Shown here: positions 1-45,092 of the stretch, piece by piece
Position numbering within the stretch: the first letter of the stretch is position 1
Layout of the letters: the number at the start of each line of letters is the position of its first letter
Source: the human T2T-CHM13v2.0 reference genome, Homo sapiens
Direction: 5' to 3' (one strand)
Assembly (NCBI RefSeq): GCF_009914755.1
Contig: NC_060927.1
Length of the DNA stretch: 64,000 nt
Position numbers and translations under genes: made by a program
The notes under the pieces: generated by a model
What the model saw: the letters and a program-made list of their open reading frames with translations, nothing else
Told to the model about the DNA's origin: nothing
Databases searched by the model: none

Positions 1-227
1 GCGAAGTGCAGGAAGCTGGGCGGCGGCCGGCAGTGAGGAGGAGGAGCGAGCAGACTTGGGTGGCTCTGCGCCGCGGAGGCCACAGCCGCAGACTTCCCCA
101 GTAGTACCGCGCCGCTCCGCCCCGGAGTGACGCCCTCCGCCCATGGGCCTGGCCGAGGGCAACCGGCGGGCGGCGCGGAGGAGGCGGCGACAGGTGGCGC
201 GCAGCAGGGCCGGAGCCGGGCCGGGCC

Positions 228-30800
<30,573 letters not shown>

Positions 30801-31904
30801 CCCGCTGCTCAGAGTAGGCTGGGCGGAAGCCAGGCCTGTCTGCTGCTGCGTCCTGGTCACAGGCCCATCCACTATCCAGGATCCTGCAGGGCCCCTTAAT
30901 GTAAGTGACACAAAGGTACACACCCATATGTGGCAAGGGCTACCAGGTCGCACCCACTTGGCCACAGCACTGGGTTGCTGATTTAGCCATACACATGGGC
31001 ACATGGTGTGGGATAGATCGGTACCCAATATGTGGTGGTGGATACTGGGGAGCTGGAGGGCCTTCCCGGATGTCTCCTCCATTCCTTCTCCAGGCAAGCT
31101 CTCCTTAGTCTAGACGAGGAGCTTCTCTTCCCCAAACCTCAGGAAGTGGGTCCCAGCAGATTCAGCCCTATAGGATCCAGGTAGGACTGAGCGGTCCTAT
31201 CCTTTGAGTCTCAGGCCCTCTCTGAATTTCTGGATGAAGCAGGATCAACTAGGGAGTCTCTGGGCCCATATCCCCTATTCCCTCGCTGAACCCACCAGGG
31301 TAGCATTCCACCCAGTTCCTGATCAGGAGAGGGCTGGACACTGACCCTTGAGGAAAGAGTGCGAGCATGGTCACTGCAGAAAGTCCTCCTGCCTTGGGGC
31401 TTTAGGATGTTGGGTTCCTGAACTCTAGTTTAAAAGCCTGGTGGTGAGCCTCCCACTGGCCAGTACATCTCTCCAGCCTGGTTCTGGCCAAGATGGAGCT
31501 AGAAGGCACGTCTCCCCTATCCTCCCTACCATCCCTGGACTCAGACCAGGTGTTTGGCAACGTCTTTGAGACAGGGTGGTTTCCAACCTGTCTTCCATCC
31601 TGAGCTGTATCTGACCCTTCTAATTTTGGCCAGCTGGGACCAGCTCTGTCACCTCCGCCCCATCTGACACAGGAGGAAACTGGTCCAGCCCTAGAATGAA
31701 TCAGGTTGAAGTGAGAAAAGGGGGACAGACTACCCCAAGGGACTGCCAACGTCAGGCCTGGAGATTTCCCCCATATTCCTCCTGCACACAGCCCTTTTTG
31801 GACTGAGAGAAGCAGCTCCCAGCTCCCCTGCCTGGGCGCTGCCTAAAACTCTCTAACGTCTTCTCCAAGAAACAGCCCCAGGAGTATTACCCACTAACAG
31901 AGCC

Positions 31905-33515
31905 ATGATTCACAACTCTAGCCACAGCAAAGTCCTGGCCTATGTGGGTAAGCATCCGTTGATCCAGATCATGGGCACTGGGCAGGCTGGGAGGTACCCC
32001 AAGTGGGTAGGTCACACCCAAGTCCAGCCACAGGTTCTGGAGTCTCTGCCCCGTGTGCCCTGACTGCACTAGATTGGAAGGACAAGTCGCTTCCAGGCAG
32101 AAGAAAGCAACAACACTTCCTTTCCAGTTCAGCTTTATTTTGCAAAAATTTACAAGGCCTCCTTTGCACAGAGATGCTTGTGGGGACCACATGAATCAAT
32201 GTGCCCTCACAGTCCAGACTTGGTGGCGGAGACAGGACACAAGTGCCATGGTAGACAGTGCCATGGTCTTTCTTCCTGTGCCCTGGATAATTGGATAAAA
32301 AAAATTGGATTTAGTGCCGTGGTAGACAGGAGGTGCAAATGGACCCCAAAAAGGAAGAGATCAAGAAGTCTTCCCAGAGTAGAAGATTCTTGCCAATATG
32401 TCAGATGGAGAAGGGAGATTGGCAAGAGCAGAAGTCTGGAAGGTTATGAGAACAGGGTGCATCTAGGAAGGACAAGGTGTCCAGAGTGGTAAGCAAAGGG
32501 GAAGAAGTAGATGAAAATGGAAAAATAGGCCAGACAGCTCCTGATGCTGTGGTATAAGCTTTTGACTCTAATAGTAGGGACTACTGGCTTCAAATCTTTT
32601 TGGCAACAAAGTTTAGGTGAGGCTACCCAGGGACCCTAGCCTTTGTTCCTTGCTCCTGACCTGATCTGTCTTTTCTTCCACAGGTAAGATCCTGAGGAGG
32701 CAGGAGAGGGACAGGGAAGGAGTATGGGTAGGGGCAGGAGGAGCCCTGGCCCCCAATACCTCCTCCCCTTTCCTCCTGGAGTCTCCAAGAGGTCTCAGGC
32801 AGCATCATCCCAGTCTACTGTACCCTTCTGGCCACTGTGGTCCTCGGTCTGCTTGCCTACATGGCCTTCAAGTGGTAGGTGGTCTGGGCACTGCCCTGTG
32901 GCACCCCCTTCCCTGTCTGGACTCCCAACCAATTCCCTGTCTTGAAGGTGGGGGCAGGTTGGTAGGTCTCCCTTTCTCCCCACAGCTGGCGCTCACATAA
33001 ACAAAGACAGCAGCTGGCCAAAGCTCGAACTGCAGAGCTGGGAGGTCTCAACAAGGACCAGATGCATGGGGATAGCAGTGTCTTCCTGGACTCTCCTAGC
33101 AGTCTGGAGCCCTGTGCCCCCAGCCAGGGTGAGCCCCTTTCCCAGAACTGCCTCACCACCCAGCCCTTGTGTGATCCTCATGTCTCCTGCCCCAGGACCA
33201 CATCCTGAGCTTGGGTGCCGACTTCACCTTGATCTCCCTCGGCAGCACCAGGAGAAAGTGGAGCGGCTGTTAGAGGTGTCACGTGAACCTGACAAGGGCT
33301 GGCGGGGACTGGCAGACCATCTGGGCTACCAAGCTGAGGCTGTAGAAATCATGGCCCAAGGCCAGGTGTGAGCCTACACACTGCTGAGGGACTGGGCTAT
33401 CCAAGAAGACAGTGGTGCCACCCACAAGGTGCTAGAGAATGCCCTGGTTGCCATGGGCCAGGAAGATGTGGTCCAGGTCCTGGGCCCCCAAGCTGAGGGC
33501 TGTTCTGTGGTGTGA
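31905..33515 (+). pseudogene. NRADDP: Unitary pseudogene of neurotrophin receptor-associated death domain protein (NRADD/NRH2/PLAIDD), intron-containing
   Basis: Exons: 31905-31947 (MIHNSSHSKVLAYV); 32684-32874 (DREGVWVGAGGALAPNTSS, net +1 frameshift, then TM IIPVYCTLLATVVLGLLAYMAFKC); 32986-33128 (WRSHKQRQQLAKARTAELG...); 33196-33515 (death domain GWRGLADHLGYQAEAVE..., premature TGA 33369-33371, ends EDVVQVLGPQAEGCSVV*). Matches the rodent NRADD and p75NTR TM-death domain as I recall them. ATTAAA at 33809-33814. Confidence 0.93.
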
Positions 33516-34060
33516 GTGCTGTCTCCATAGCCTGCACTCTCGGAGACTGCTCCGGTGCTCCCCTACCCCCATCTCATATATCTTTCCCTTTGTGGGCTTC
33601 CTGGGGTTGCTGGGCTCAGCCTGCTCTGTTCTGGGGAAGAAAACCGAAGATCCAGCCACCATTCACTTCCCCTTATCCACCCATCCCCTCCAGAAGAGGG
33701 CCCAGGATATGGTGGGGAGTGGGCAGTGAGGAGTGGTTCTGCCCTTTGGATCCCTACTCCACCTCCTCTTATTAAGCCTCAGCTGGTTTTGCTACTTTTG
33801 TAACCCATATTAAAGGTGATTCGGACTTTTCCGCTGGCTCTATCTGGCTCCTTGGGCCTGTGAGACAGTTGAGTGGGTGGCTATGAGGCAGAGGCCCAGA
33901 AAAGGGGTGGGGGTCCCTAGGCTGTGGGAGGGGCCTCTCCAAGCAGCACCTGGGATGGCAGGCAGTGTGATCCTATAGGATGCATGGGCTCTGGAGGCAC
34001 AGATCAGAGTTCATATCCTGCGCCTACTACCATTTGCTGGCTTTATCATGTTTGGAAGGT

Positions 34061-34105
34061 ATTTTACCTTGCTGATTATTTTACCTTGCTGATTATTTTA
34101 CCTTG
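34061..34105. repeat. 17-bp tandem repeat, about 2.6 copies
   Basis: ATTTTACCTTGCTGATT twice, plus ATTTTACCTTG. Confidence 0.85.
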
Positions 34106-35104
34106 GTATTTTATCAACTTCCTTAGCTGGAGAACAGTAAGTTTAAGTGACACATTCAGTAGTTTCCCCCACACCTAAGACTCCCAGGTTGGTGCTGAGG
34201 GACCCTGGGTTTGAGATCATTTTCCTGACTTGTTCTATGAGCAGCACCAAGGGGAGGCTGGAGGCCTGTTCCTCTAGACAGGAGGCAAGAAGCAGGCTGG
34301 TCCTGGGCAGTTAATTACCAAGGGCCTCAGGTCACCTCTAGATAAGAAAAAAGAAAACGCTCTCTTTACAAGACCTGAACTCAGGACAAGGAGTTCCAAA
34401 TGTACTTCCACATCTGCTCATGTGGTTGCTACACATGCCAAGGACAGGTGGGTCTCCTGGGCAGCTCAGGACAAGGCAGGTGCAGCCAAGTCCATGCATA
34501 TGCACTCCATACATATGCCCACCCCAAAGGGGGAGGCAGGTAGGTTGGCACAATAAGTGCCTTTTGAAGAAGGTGCTATAAAAGACAAGCCTTGCCTAGG
34601 AAGGAACAATGGCTACCATCCTGGCATCTATCAGCATAAGTAGGCTTCAGAAGCACAGCCATCCAAACTCACTCAGAAGACATGGGTTCCAGTCATGGTC
34701 TAGGGGGGCCCAAGGTAGATCCTGTCCCTCTGCTAAAATGAGATGCAACTAAGATTGACTACTCTGTGAGTACCAAGCTCATCAGATTGCTGCTACTGCT
34801 ACCCTCAGAAATAGTTGACCAGGGCTGCTTAATACTCTGTAAATCTTTCCCTTAAACTAAGGAAGAACCGGAAGTTTATAGCCACCTTCCTCCTCAGATG
34901 ACCTTAGGGCAATAACCCTGAAGAATCAGGAGAGAAAGCAGGGAAGATACGCACCAGCTGCTGGAGACATCATAACCTGGAGATTTGGGTCAAAACCATG
35001 CATTTGATTTGGTTGCAAGCAGCAGTGCATGTGGCTGTACCCCTGCACTGTAAACCCACTGAAAAAGAAATGCCCCCTTTCAATGTGCTTAAGCATATTA
35101 ACTA

Positions 35105-35510
<406 letters not shown>

Positions 35511-36084
35511 TCATGAGAAAACAATAGCATGTCTAAGTTTAAAATAAGGATTTTCCCCTCTTTTAACACTTCCTTTAATATGAGGATATTAGAAGAGTTA
35601 CTGAACCTCTCTGACCCTTAGTTTTCCTCATTATAGTGCCAATTCCTGTGCCTCAGGACTGTGACCACAACCTGAGCTCTAAGTGCTCAGCACAGTGCCT
35701 AGCAGGCAGTGACTGCTCTAATTGCTACTCACCCTGCCAAAGATTTGGCAGGCCACAACCTGACCTGACCTCAAGAACACTGCTGCAGCAGGCAGAATAA
35801 CCCTGGTGAGAAACAGGTGGGACCAACCTTTTTGCAAAGATGGGCCCAGTCTGGCCTGAAGCCCTTAGCCTTCCTCACTGCCTAGATAACTGATCCAACA
35901 AGTGGGAGAGAGGTCTCTCACCAAGCCCTGCATCTTCCTGGAAATGTTCACTATCATCATAACCTGTGCACTATACCTCTTTTATAGGGGTCCTATCCTG
36001 TCCTCTAGTGTCCAACCCCAGTGTTAGGGAGCACAGTGGGAAGCTAGGGAACCCAAACATCAAATGAGCATTTCAAACCAGGTG

Positions 36085-36358
36085 TCCAACACTTTGGGAG
36101 TCTAAAGCAGGAGCATTACTTGAGGCCTGGAAGTCAAGACCAGCCTGGGTAACATAGCAAGACCCTGTGTCTCTACAAAAATTTTTAAAAAGTATTAGCT
36201 AATAGTCCTAGCTACTCCAGAGGCTGAGGCAAGAAGACTGCTTGGGCCCAGGAGTTCAGGGATGCAATGAGCTATGATCACACCACTGCGTTCCAGCCCG
36301 GGCAACAAAGCGAGACCCTTTCTCCCCACCCCCCTCCCCCACCCCCCCCAAAAAAAAG
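36085..36358 (+). mobile_element. Old diverged Alu (AluJ-like)
   Basis: Degenerate dimeric Alu. Confidence 0.8.
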
Positions 36359-36784
36359 CATTCCAGTGGGCTCAGAAAAATCAAGTCCATGGGGGAGAAA
36401 AGATTCAATGCTTCTCTCCAGCCAGGAGAAAGTATCAAGGGAGAAGATAAATTTGCCTTTCTCTTGACTGATAATTAACCAAAATAAAGAAGCCTAGTGC
36501 CAAAGAGGCCCTAGATGCTGCTTCTTTTGCTCTGGAATGCATGTGCAAATTGACCCAATGCCTGAGCACAGCCAAAAGATCCCAAGCCTACAAGTGTCAG
36601 TCACCTGGCAAATGTGCAAATGTCTGCCCCAGTCATAGTAGGACCTGTGGAGAATGAACAAGTCCTGTAATAAAATCCAATCACAGGGATTAACCTTGGA
36701 CTTCACACACCTAAGGCCACTCACTATCTCTCCTTCTTCCAGTGACATCATTACACACAAATATGCTTGATTAACTTTTAGGGA

Positions 36785-37455
36785 ACACACATGCCAAGTT
36801 CTTTAATTGATTTTATTTTTTTACATAAAAAGTTCAGTAAAAATTGGATAAAGTAAAGTGATTTTAAGCAGTAAATCAATCTTATCAACATAGCACAAGG
36901 CTGGCCAAAACCACAAGGCAGCCTGCTTTGGAATATTTACATGATAACAAATTAAACCTTGCAGGAGAACTTAAACTGTCCTTACAAAGTCTTCCTGTGA
37001 TCCTAGCATGTAGAGGCTAAAAGCAAAACGAAAACCAAACAAAAACCAGGAAAAAACAAATTATTTTCAATATATTCACATATACATTAAAATATAATAC
37101 AGATCATCAGGGTAAAGGGTTGTGGGTGGGGATGCGCATGGGTCTGTGCGCTGACAGCACCGCCAAGGAGAAGACCCAGGTTTAAGAGTGGAGTCAGGTC
37201 TGGCCAGGGTCTTTTCTAAGCCCTTGCACCTCTGATGGCTTCTAACCACATGCCAACAGCTCACAACTAGGTAATCACTTGTAGATGGAGTTCATTTTTG
37301 TGGCCTTCAGTTGACATCTGCAGGGTTGAATTCCCCAGGGTGATGTATCATCAGTAGCACAGTGCTGACAGGGGTGGGACAGAAAGGCCCACAGGATTTC
37401 CTCTCCCTAGAGTCTGTCTTACCTGACCACCCATCCTCCCACCCTGGCCCAACAG
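36785..37455 (-). terminator. SETD2: SETD2 3'UTR with poly(A) signals (AATAAA at 36817-36812, ATTAAA at 36807-36802 on - strand)
   Basis: tttatt and tttaat on the + strand about 650 nt beyond the stop; cleavage site approximate. Confidence 0.8.
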
Positions 37456-37617
37456 TCACTCTAATTCAGTGTCCTCTTTGGGTTTGTAAACAGCCCCAAA
37501 CTTCTGCATGTACTTCTTAATGTACTCCTTGGTTTTGTGTTTCACATTCTCATTGCACTCCAGGTCCTCAGGATTCTTACAGTACTTCAGCTCCTTATTC
37601 ATAACACCGTGAGTCAG
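37456..37617 (-). CDS. SETD2: SETD2 (H3K36 trimethyltransferase) last coding exon, end of SRI domain
   Basis: CAG|LTHGVMNKELKYCKNPEDLECNENVKHKTKEYIKKYMQKFGAVYKPKEDTELE*. Confidence 0.97.
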   Translation of the reverse strand: MTHGVMNKELKYCKNPEDLECNENVKHKTKEYIKKYMQKFGAVYKPKEDTELE

Positions 37618-38000
37618 CTGTCCAGGGCACAGGAAGAGAGACCACAGCCACCAATCAGAGCAGAAATTATATGAGGGGGAGGACAGGGGTGGTAATCCAG
37701 CCTGCTGCTTCAGGGCCCTTCTCACCAAGACAGGAAGTTAATAAGGGGGTAGATGTTGGGGCAGGCTGGTGCTATGATCACCAGAAAGGACAAGCTGAGC
37801 TCTGAAAATTTCTTAGAGAACTACTGCTGTCATGTAAGGTACGCATCCCTCCCCAAACCTTCCCTCCCCGTTCCTGGGTCCCCAGCTCTGACATCTGACA
37901 AGAAAAAAAAAAATACTTTCTATGATGAAAAGGGCTTCTTAGAAGGTACACAGTTTGCCCAGAACATTGCCTGGTGGGCTACCAAAAGCAAGGGGAGTAC

Positions 38001-38102
38001 CTTGCGAGCCAGATGTTTAAAGTCTTCAGTTGTGGTAATTCTTCCCACTTTGCAGTCAGGTTTCCGGTAAGGGTTCAGGCACTGGACGATGAACTGGGAC
38101 AT
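38001..38102 (-). CDS. SETD2: SETD2 penultimate exon (SRI domain)
   Basis: MSQFIVQCLNPYRKPDCKVGRITTTEDFKHLARK, 102 nt, flanked by AG and GT. Confidence 0.97.
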
Positions 38103-40122
38103 CTGCAGGCAGAGAAAAGAGAACACGTTGCTCAACAGTCCAGAGAGGGCAAGGAGTTGTACTGAGGAAATAACTAGAAAAGGTAGTGAGTAAAGTCAGC
38201 CAATCCTTCTCCTTTTCCTCCCTCAGGTTAACTGGTTTGGACAGTGGAATACTAGTAAGCCAGTAAGATCTGAGAAAAGGATACGGGCTCAGCCTGAGAG
38301 GGAAAGAGCTCCCCTGGATGGACTAAGCAAGCCTTAAAGGAGGCTGGAGGGACTCAACAGCATGACTTCAATGCTGAGTCCTTCAGCAGCCCCAGGTTTC
38401 AGTCAATGAATTTTGTGTCCTTGGCATAAAGACAGTAGCTGGGTTCTCTGGGCCCTGGAGGCAAGGCAGAGCACAGCAGGTGTTCCAGAGCTTCTATGAG
38501 GCTTAGCAATCCCAGGAACCACAGGAATTTTGTCATTGAAGGGTACTTAGATTCTTTAAGTGGTCATACCACAGCATGTGAAGCAGATGGAAGCATGATA
38601 TGACAGCCAGCAAAGGAAAACCTAAGCAGAATCCTTTTCCTTCCACCACTTACTATGTCCTCCCTGGGCTGTCTAAGTATGGTCTGTCCTACCCAGGTGC
38701 TCCCAAACACTCTAGGAATAGGACCTTCAGAGGTATTTGTGGTGCTAAGATCATAGGGGACAAAGAGAATAAAGAGGCCAGTCATAGCCATTTCATCAGA
38801 GAGCACTTTGAACAAAGTCTACCCATCACTAAAATTCAGTGAGCCTTCAGGTGTTCAAAGAACAAGGCTATATCACAAGGTAGGCACTAAATAAACAGCT
38901 GCTGGTTCAATGAGCTGAAATACCAGTATGTTCACAAAGGGACCATAAGAAACTAAATTTTATCCCTGCATAAGCCTTTTAACTCAAGGTTTTTCTGGGG
39001 TTTCCTGGCCTCCAAACTCTCTTCCTTCAGTCTATCCCCTCAAACACAGATAGGGATTTCATTACCCCCTGCTTAAAATTCTGCAATGGTTCCCGATAAC
39101 CCACAGACACATAGTTCCTATATGAAGAAGAACAATACCATTCCACCTCATTTTCAACAGCCCTCCCATATCTTGTGCTATAGCCCATCAGGCCACTTAC
39201 AACTCCCTGGAAGGGAAGATGCTCTCTCTTGCCTCTGTACATTCTATTGATATAAGTTAGATCCCCTGCTGATCCATCTGGCCAATTCCTACCCCTGATT
39301 CAAGCGCCCTTCCTGACTGCCCAGATTGTGGCTCCCAGCCCTAATATGGCATACTTTTCACACAGCTGTCGCTACTTATTTACAGGTCTGTTTCTTCCAA
39401 AACACTACAAGCCCCTTCAGTGAATGAAGATTGGAGTTTAGAACCTAGATGCTATGAAGCAGACAAGTTTAGTGTCTTGATGGTTGGTAAGACACACTTC
39501 TGGTAGCATAAAAAGGAGCAGCATTCTCCCAAGCCCTGGAGAATTAGGCAGCTACCAAATGAGATATTACAGAAAGAGAACTGGACTTTGAGCCAGAACG
39601 CCTGAGTTCAAATCTTTTGTCTAGAACTTGCCTTCTCTGAACCTTAAGAGTTCTTTCACCTGAATAAGAGGAAAGGCAATCTGTCTTGCCTACCTCAAGG
39701 GCTGTTGTGGGGACAAAATGAGTCAATGGGTACTGAAGTGCTTAACCAGTTGAAAAAGGCCACACCTCTTTCACCAATGTGTCATTCACATAACAACTAA
39801 GTCAAATCACAGAAGCAAGAGGAATACCCAAAGACAAGGCAGCCTACCACTACAGACAGCTTTCTTTTGCCATAGATGCTACAGAAGGCCCACAGTCAAA
39901 CAAGCAAATGTGGTCTGAGAGGGGCTCCTGTCAAGCCAAGAAAAGATGGCTGAGGAGTTTTCAGTGCTAAAAGAAGCACTTCAGCAAGACATACACACAA
40001 GGAACACCTTGTGTTCCTGCCTATCTTGGGGCAAAGGAGATATTCGACATACTTAAGACAAGAAATGAAAGGGTTCAGATTTAAGCCTGAGGAGCTTAGT
40101 GCTTATATCCACCAAACCTTAC

Positions 40123-40203
40123 CTCTTTTCTGAATACTTCTTTGCTTTTCTTTGCTAGTTCACTGGAGGTGTCTGCTTCTGCTGTCTTGGGCTTTTTCGA
40201 GGC
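40123..40203 (-). CDS. SETD2: SETD2 exon (third from last)
   Basis: ASKKPKTAEADTSSELAKKSKEVFRKE, 81 nt, TAG acceptor and GTAAG donor. Confidence 0.95.
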
Positions 40204-42228
40204 CTAAAAATGGAGGAGAAAACACAGTGGTGCTGGCATGAGAAGTCAGTTTAGTGATGCCCTACTGTCCCAGAACCCTCCTTTCTTTCCCCTAGCAGGG
40301 ATACCTGATTCTTGGTATTAGAATCCGTTTAGAGGCCCTGACTCAGGTACAAGGCCTGGAGTCAACTTGGCTATTATGTTTCAAATCCTGTTACATGGTT
40401 TGGCTCTCCTTCTTATAAGTTAAGTTCCAATTCTCTACCCTAAGTCAAAGCTACAACTTTGATATAGCCACACATTTCAGAGTCACTCATGTCCCTGTTC
40501 TGGGTTCAGCTCCCTGAACTATCAAGCAAGGCCGGCACAAAACAAGCTCCATCTCTCCCACCTCTGACACTCTAGGATTCCAGGACAGAGGCGAAATGCT
40601 CTGTTCTGAAGACTCTTGAATACTCATCACCTTTCCTCCAAAGGTGGAGTTGGCTAGACTGTAGAAGACAGTCTCAGTATGCAAGAGAGGCTCCTTGGAG
40701 GTTGGTACCTTCAGTTTAGGAACAGAAAGATTAAGGAAGTATCACGATATTGACGGGGAGGTGATGAAGGTCATCAAAGCCAGTGAACAGATAAGTAGAT
40801 GATGACACAGAAGATACTCTATGTCCCCAGCTGGCAAGATAATGACAAACCCAGGAACATTCCCTTCCAGCACTGCTAGAGGGAGGCTTCCAAGTTCCCT
40901 CTAACTAGGTACTGCACCAGGAGGCGATGAGTTGGAAGCTTTGGTATTCAGAGCACCTGTCATGCAGGCCATCTCCCCATACCTTTGCCCACCACTAGCC
41001 ATCAGGCCCCTTCCCAGTAAATGTGCTTTTCCACGGAAAATAATAATTATGAGCATTCCCCTCCAAATATAAGTTACTTCATAATGGATCTAGAAGCTGG
41101 AGTTGATATTATAGGTACTTCACACTTTTTTGTTAGGGGCACAGGGTAGAATAATTTTCCTGCTCCCCACCCATCTCCTGGTTCTGCTTCTTCCATTTCC
41201 ATAAACAGTATGAAGGCTCTGGTTCTAAAGCAGCTGGACTAGCTCCAGAGAAAGGTGGCACTCCCTTGGCTTTAGGCTGTTACAAATCAACTTTCTCTGC
41301 TGTGTCATAAAAGCTTTACGTATTTTCTATTTTTCCAATTTCTTCATGTAGCTGTATGGGGAGATTAGGGGGTAGAGTAAAAAGAATATAAAGATCCAAT
41401 TTGTTTTTTAAGAAAACAAAACTAAGCAAAAATAATGCTAATAATATAAGTTAAGTCTATTTTCAAGTGTTTTGCTTTGGGATTTTGTTATTTTTTTTCC
41501 CCCAGTTGTAGATGGTATGAGTATGCTCCACAGTAAGACCTTAGGTAGCAAGGGATCAAGAATTATTTGAGTAAGTCAAGAAAACTTCAACACATCCCCA
41601 GCTACTCTCTTGTAGCTCTCAGAAGTCAGCAGCAACAGAAATGAGTACAGAAAGCCCCTTCAGGTCTGGGTATCTCAAAGATCTGGGTCCTATAGAAGAG
41701 GCCATGCTCTCAGCGAGGGTACTATGTAAATAGAAATGTCCTGTTTCACTCTGGATAGGGTATGCACTCACAAAGCTAAATGAACCCAAAGCACTTTTAA
41801 TAGATTTATAATTTAATCCCTGACTTGATGAGGTTGGCGGGGGATTGGTGGGGGGTGGCCTTTAAAAACACAATTATAGAATACAATCCACTGAGCTCTG
41901 TCTAGGAGCTTTCTTGGTCCTCCTGAGTGCTGAGCAATTGGGATCGAGAAAGGAAATGATAAAATGAGGGGTCCCCAGACTTACATCATGGAAATCATGA
42001 ACCAAAATGGAATACTCTTGAGAGTACTGAAATTCATGAAACCCTCTCTTCATGGTCTGTGATTTGCAAATGGCATGGGAAATAATTTCAGAAACTGGCT
42101 AACATTTACTCAAATCTAATGCCAGGCAAAGTAACCAGAGTCTGAGTTGAGGACAGCACTTGTTATTGACATGAACAACCTTAGGACCCCCCACTCCAAA
42201 AAAGTCCCATTTAAAAATTTAGCAGGTA

Positions 42229-42555
42229 AGGCTGGGTGTGGTGGCTCACGCCTGTAATCCTAGCACTTTGGGAGGCGGAGGAGGGCGGATCACGAGGTCA
42301 AGAGATCAAGACCATCCTGGCCAACATGGTGAAACCTCGTCTCTACTAAAAATACAAAAATTAGCTGGGCGTGGTGGCGCGTGCCTGTAGTCCCAGCTAC
42401 TTGGGAGGCTGAGGCAGGAGAATCGCTTGTGCCTGTAGTCCCAGCTACTTGGGAGGCTGAGGCAGGAGAATCGTTTGAACCCGGGAGAGGTGGAGGTTGC
42501 AGTGAGCTGAGATCATGCCATTGCACTCCAGCCTGGGAGACAGAGCAACAATCTG

Positions 42556-42556
<1 letters not shown>
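42229..42556 (+). mobile_element. Alu with 48-bp internal tandem duplication
   Basis: 42381-42428 repeated at 42429-42476. Confidence 0.92.

Positions 42557-42602
<46 letters not shown>
42557..42602. repeat. (CA)23 microsatellite at the Alu tail position
   Basis: Perfect CA run. Confidence 0.97.
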
Positions 42603-42604
<2 letters not shown>

Positions 42605-42609
42605 TTTAG

Positions 42610-42891
<282 letters not shown>

Positions 42892-43487
42892 TTAAGGAAA
42901 CCACCAGAGAACAGGGTGGGGGCTCTGATACATAAAAAAGCGAGTGCTTCCAGATCCTCAGCAATAAACAATAATCAGTTTGCCTTTTCTCTGTGTTGGC
43001 TTATATAGAGTATCAGTCAATTAAAGATTCTGGTGGAAATCTATGTGAGGCCGTGGACAGTTAAGAGTACACAATGAAATGAGCAGGCAAAGGGCCTGGC
43101 AGAAAGCCAGAGCTTACTGCCTTTAGAAGCTGACCCTGCTGTCAGCCTTCACCTGTGGCACATTTGGATTCCTAGGAAATCTGTTCTGATTATGACAAGG
43201 CAGGCCTGAGTACCTTTATATTACCCAAGGTGAAGCTTGAGACCTTCTGGATTAGTTGGCAATGGCCTTAAGCTTATTGGGCAGTTCTGGTAACCATACA
43301 CAGGCTGTGTAACAAAACAGAATCACCCTTTATTATAAATATTGACATGACTATGTCACAAAGCCCATGTGACTTGGAACCAAGAGGGTATGGCTTGAGT
43401 TACAGAAATGAGTCCTGACAAAGGCAGAGCAGGACATACCCAGCTAATACTTCTCTCTCCCTGTATTTAATTAAATACTGATTAGAG

Positions 43488-43810
<323 letters not shown>

Positions 43811-43982
43811 TCATTCAGTGAGGAACTACATCTTTTGTGGCAGCATGAATCCAGAAGCAGGAGGAGAAGCTGAGCCATCATAAACACTATCCACACAATT
43901 CAACCTAAGCTCTGCAGCACATGAACCTGTACATGTCAATTTTTAAAAGGTTAAGATCATTGAAAATAATAAAAACTTAGTA

Positions 43983-44290
43983 CAGCTGGTGTTCTGCATC
44001 TGTAGGCCAGCCATGGATAGAAAATATTGAAAAAAAATACAATAAAAATAATACAAATAAGAACCAATTTTAAAAAACCCCAATGCAGTATAACCACTAT
44101 TTATATAGCATTTACATTGTATTGGGTATTATACGCAACACAGAGGTGATTTACAGCATATGGGAGTATGTGCGTAGGTGACATACAAACACTACGCCCT
44201 TGTATATAAGGGACTTGAGCATCTTTAGACTTTGGCATCCATGATAGGGTGTCTTGAAATCAATCCCCTATGGATACAGAGTGACAACTG
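43983..44290 (-). mobile_element. MER2-like Tc1/mariner-Tigger non-autonomous DNA transposon
   Basis: TA flanks, CAG...CTG termini; right end ATCCCCTATGGATACAGAGTGACAACTG resembles the reverse complement of the MER2/Tigger terminal repeat. Confidence 0.7.
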
Positions 44291-44426
44291 TAATGTGTCT
44301 CAAGGTATTCTTCTTTTGGTTGATTTTACTTGGGATCCTTTAGGCTTCATGAATCCGTATGCCTATTTCCCTCTCTCAAGATGGGAAATTTTCAACATTA
44401 TTTATTTCTTAAACAAATTTTATATA

Positions 44427-45092
<666 letters not shown>

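Noticed and set aside
34061-34105. Short direct repeats as a CRISPR-like array
   Set aside because: Head-to-tail tandem copies without spacers, in a human locus with no cas genes.
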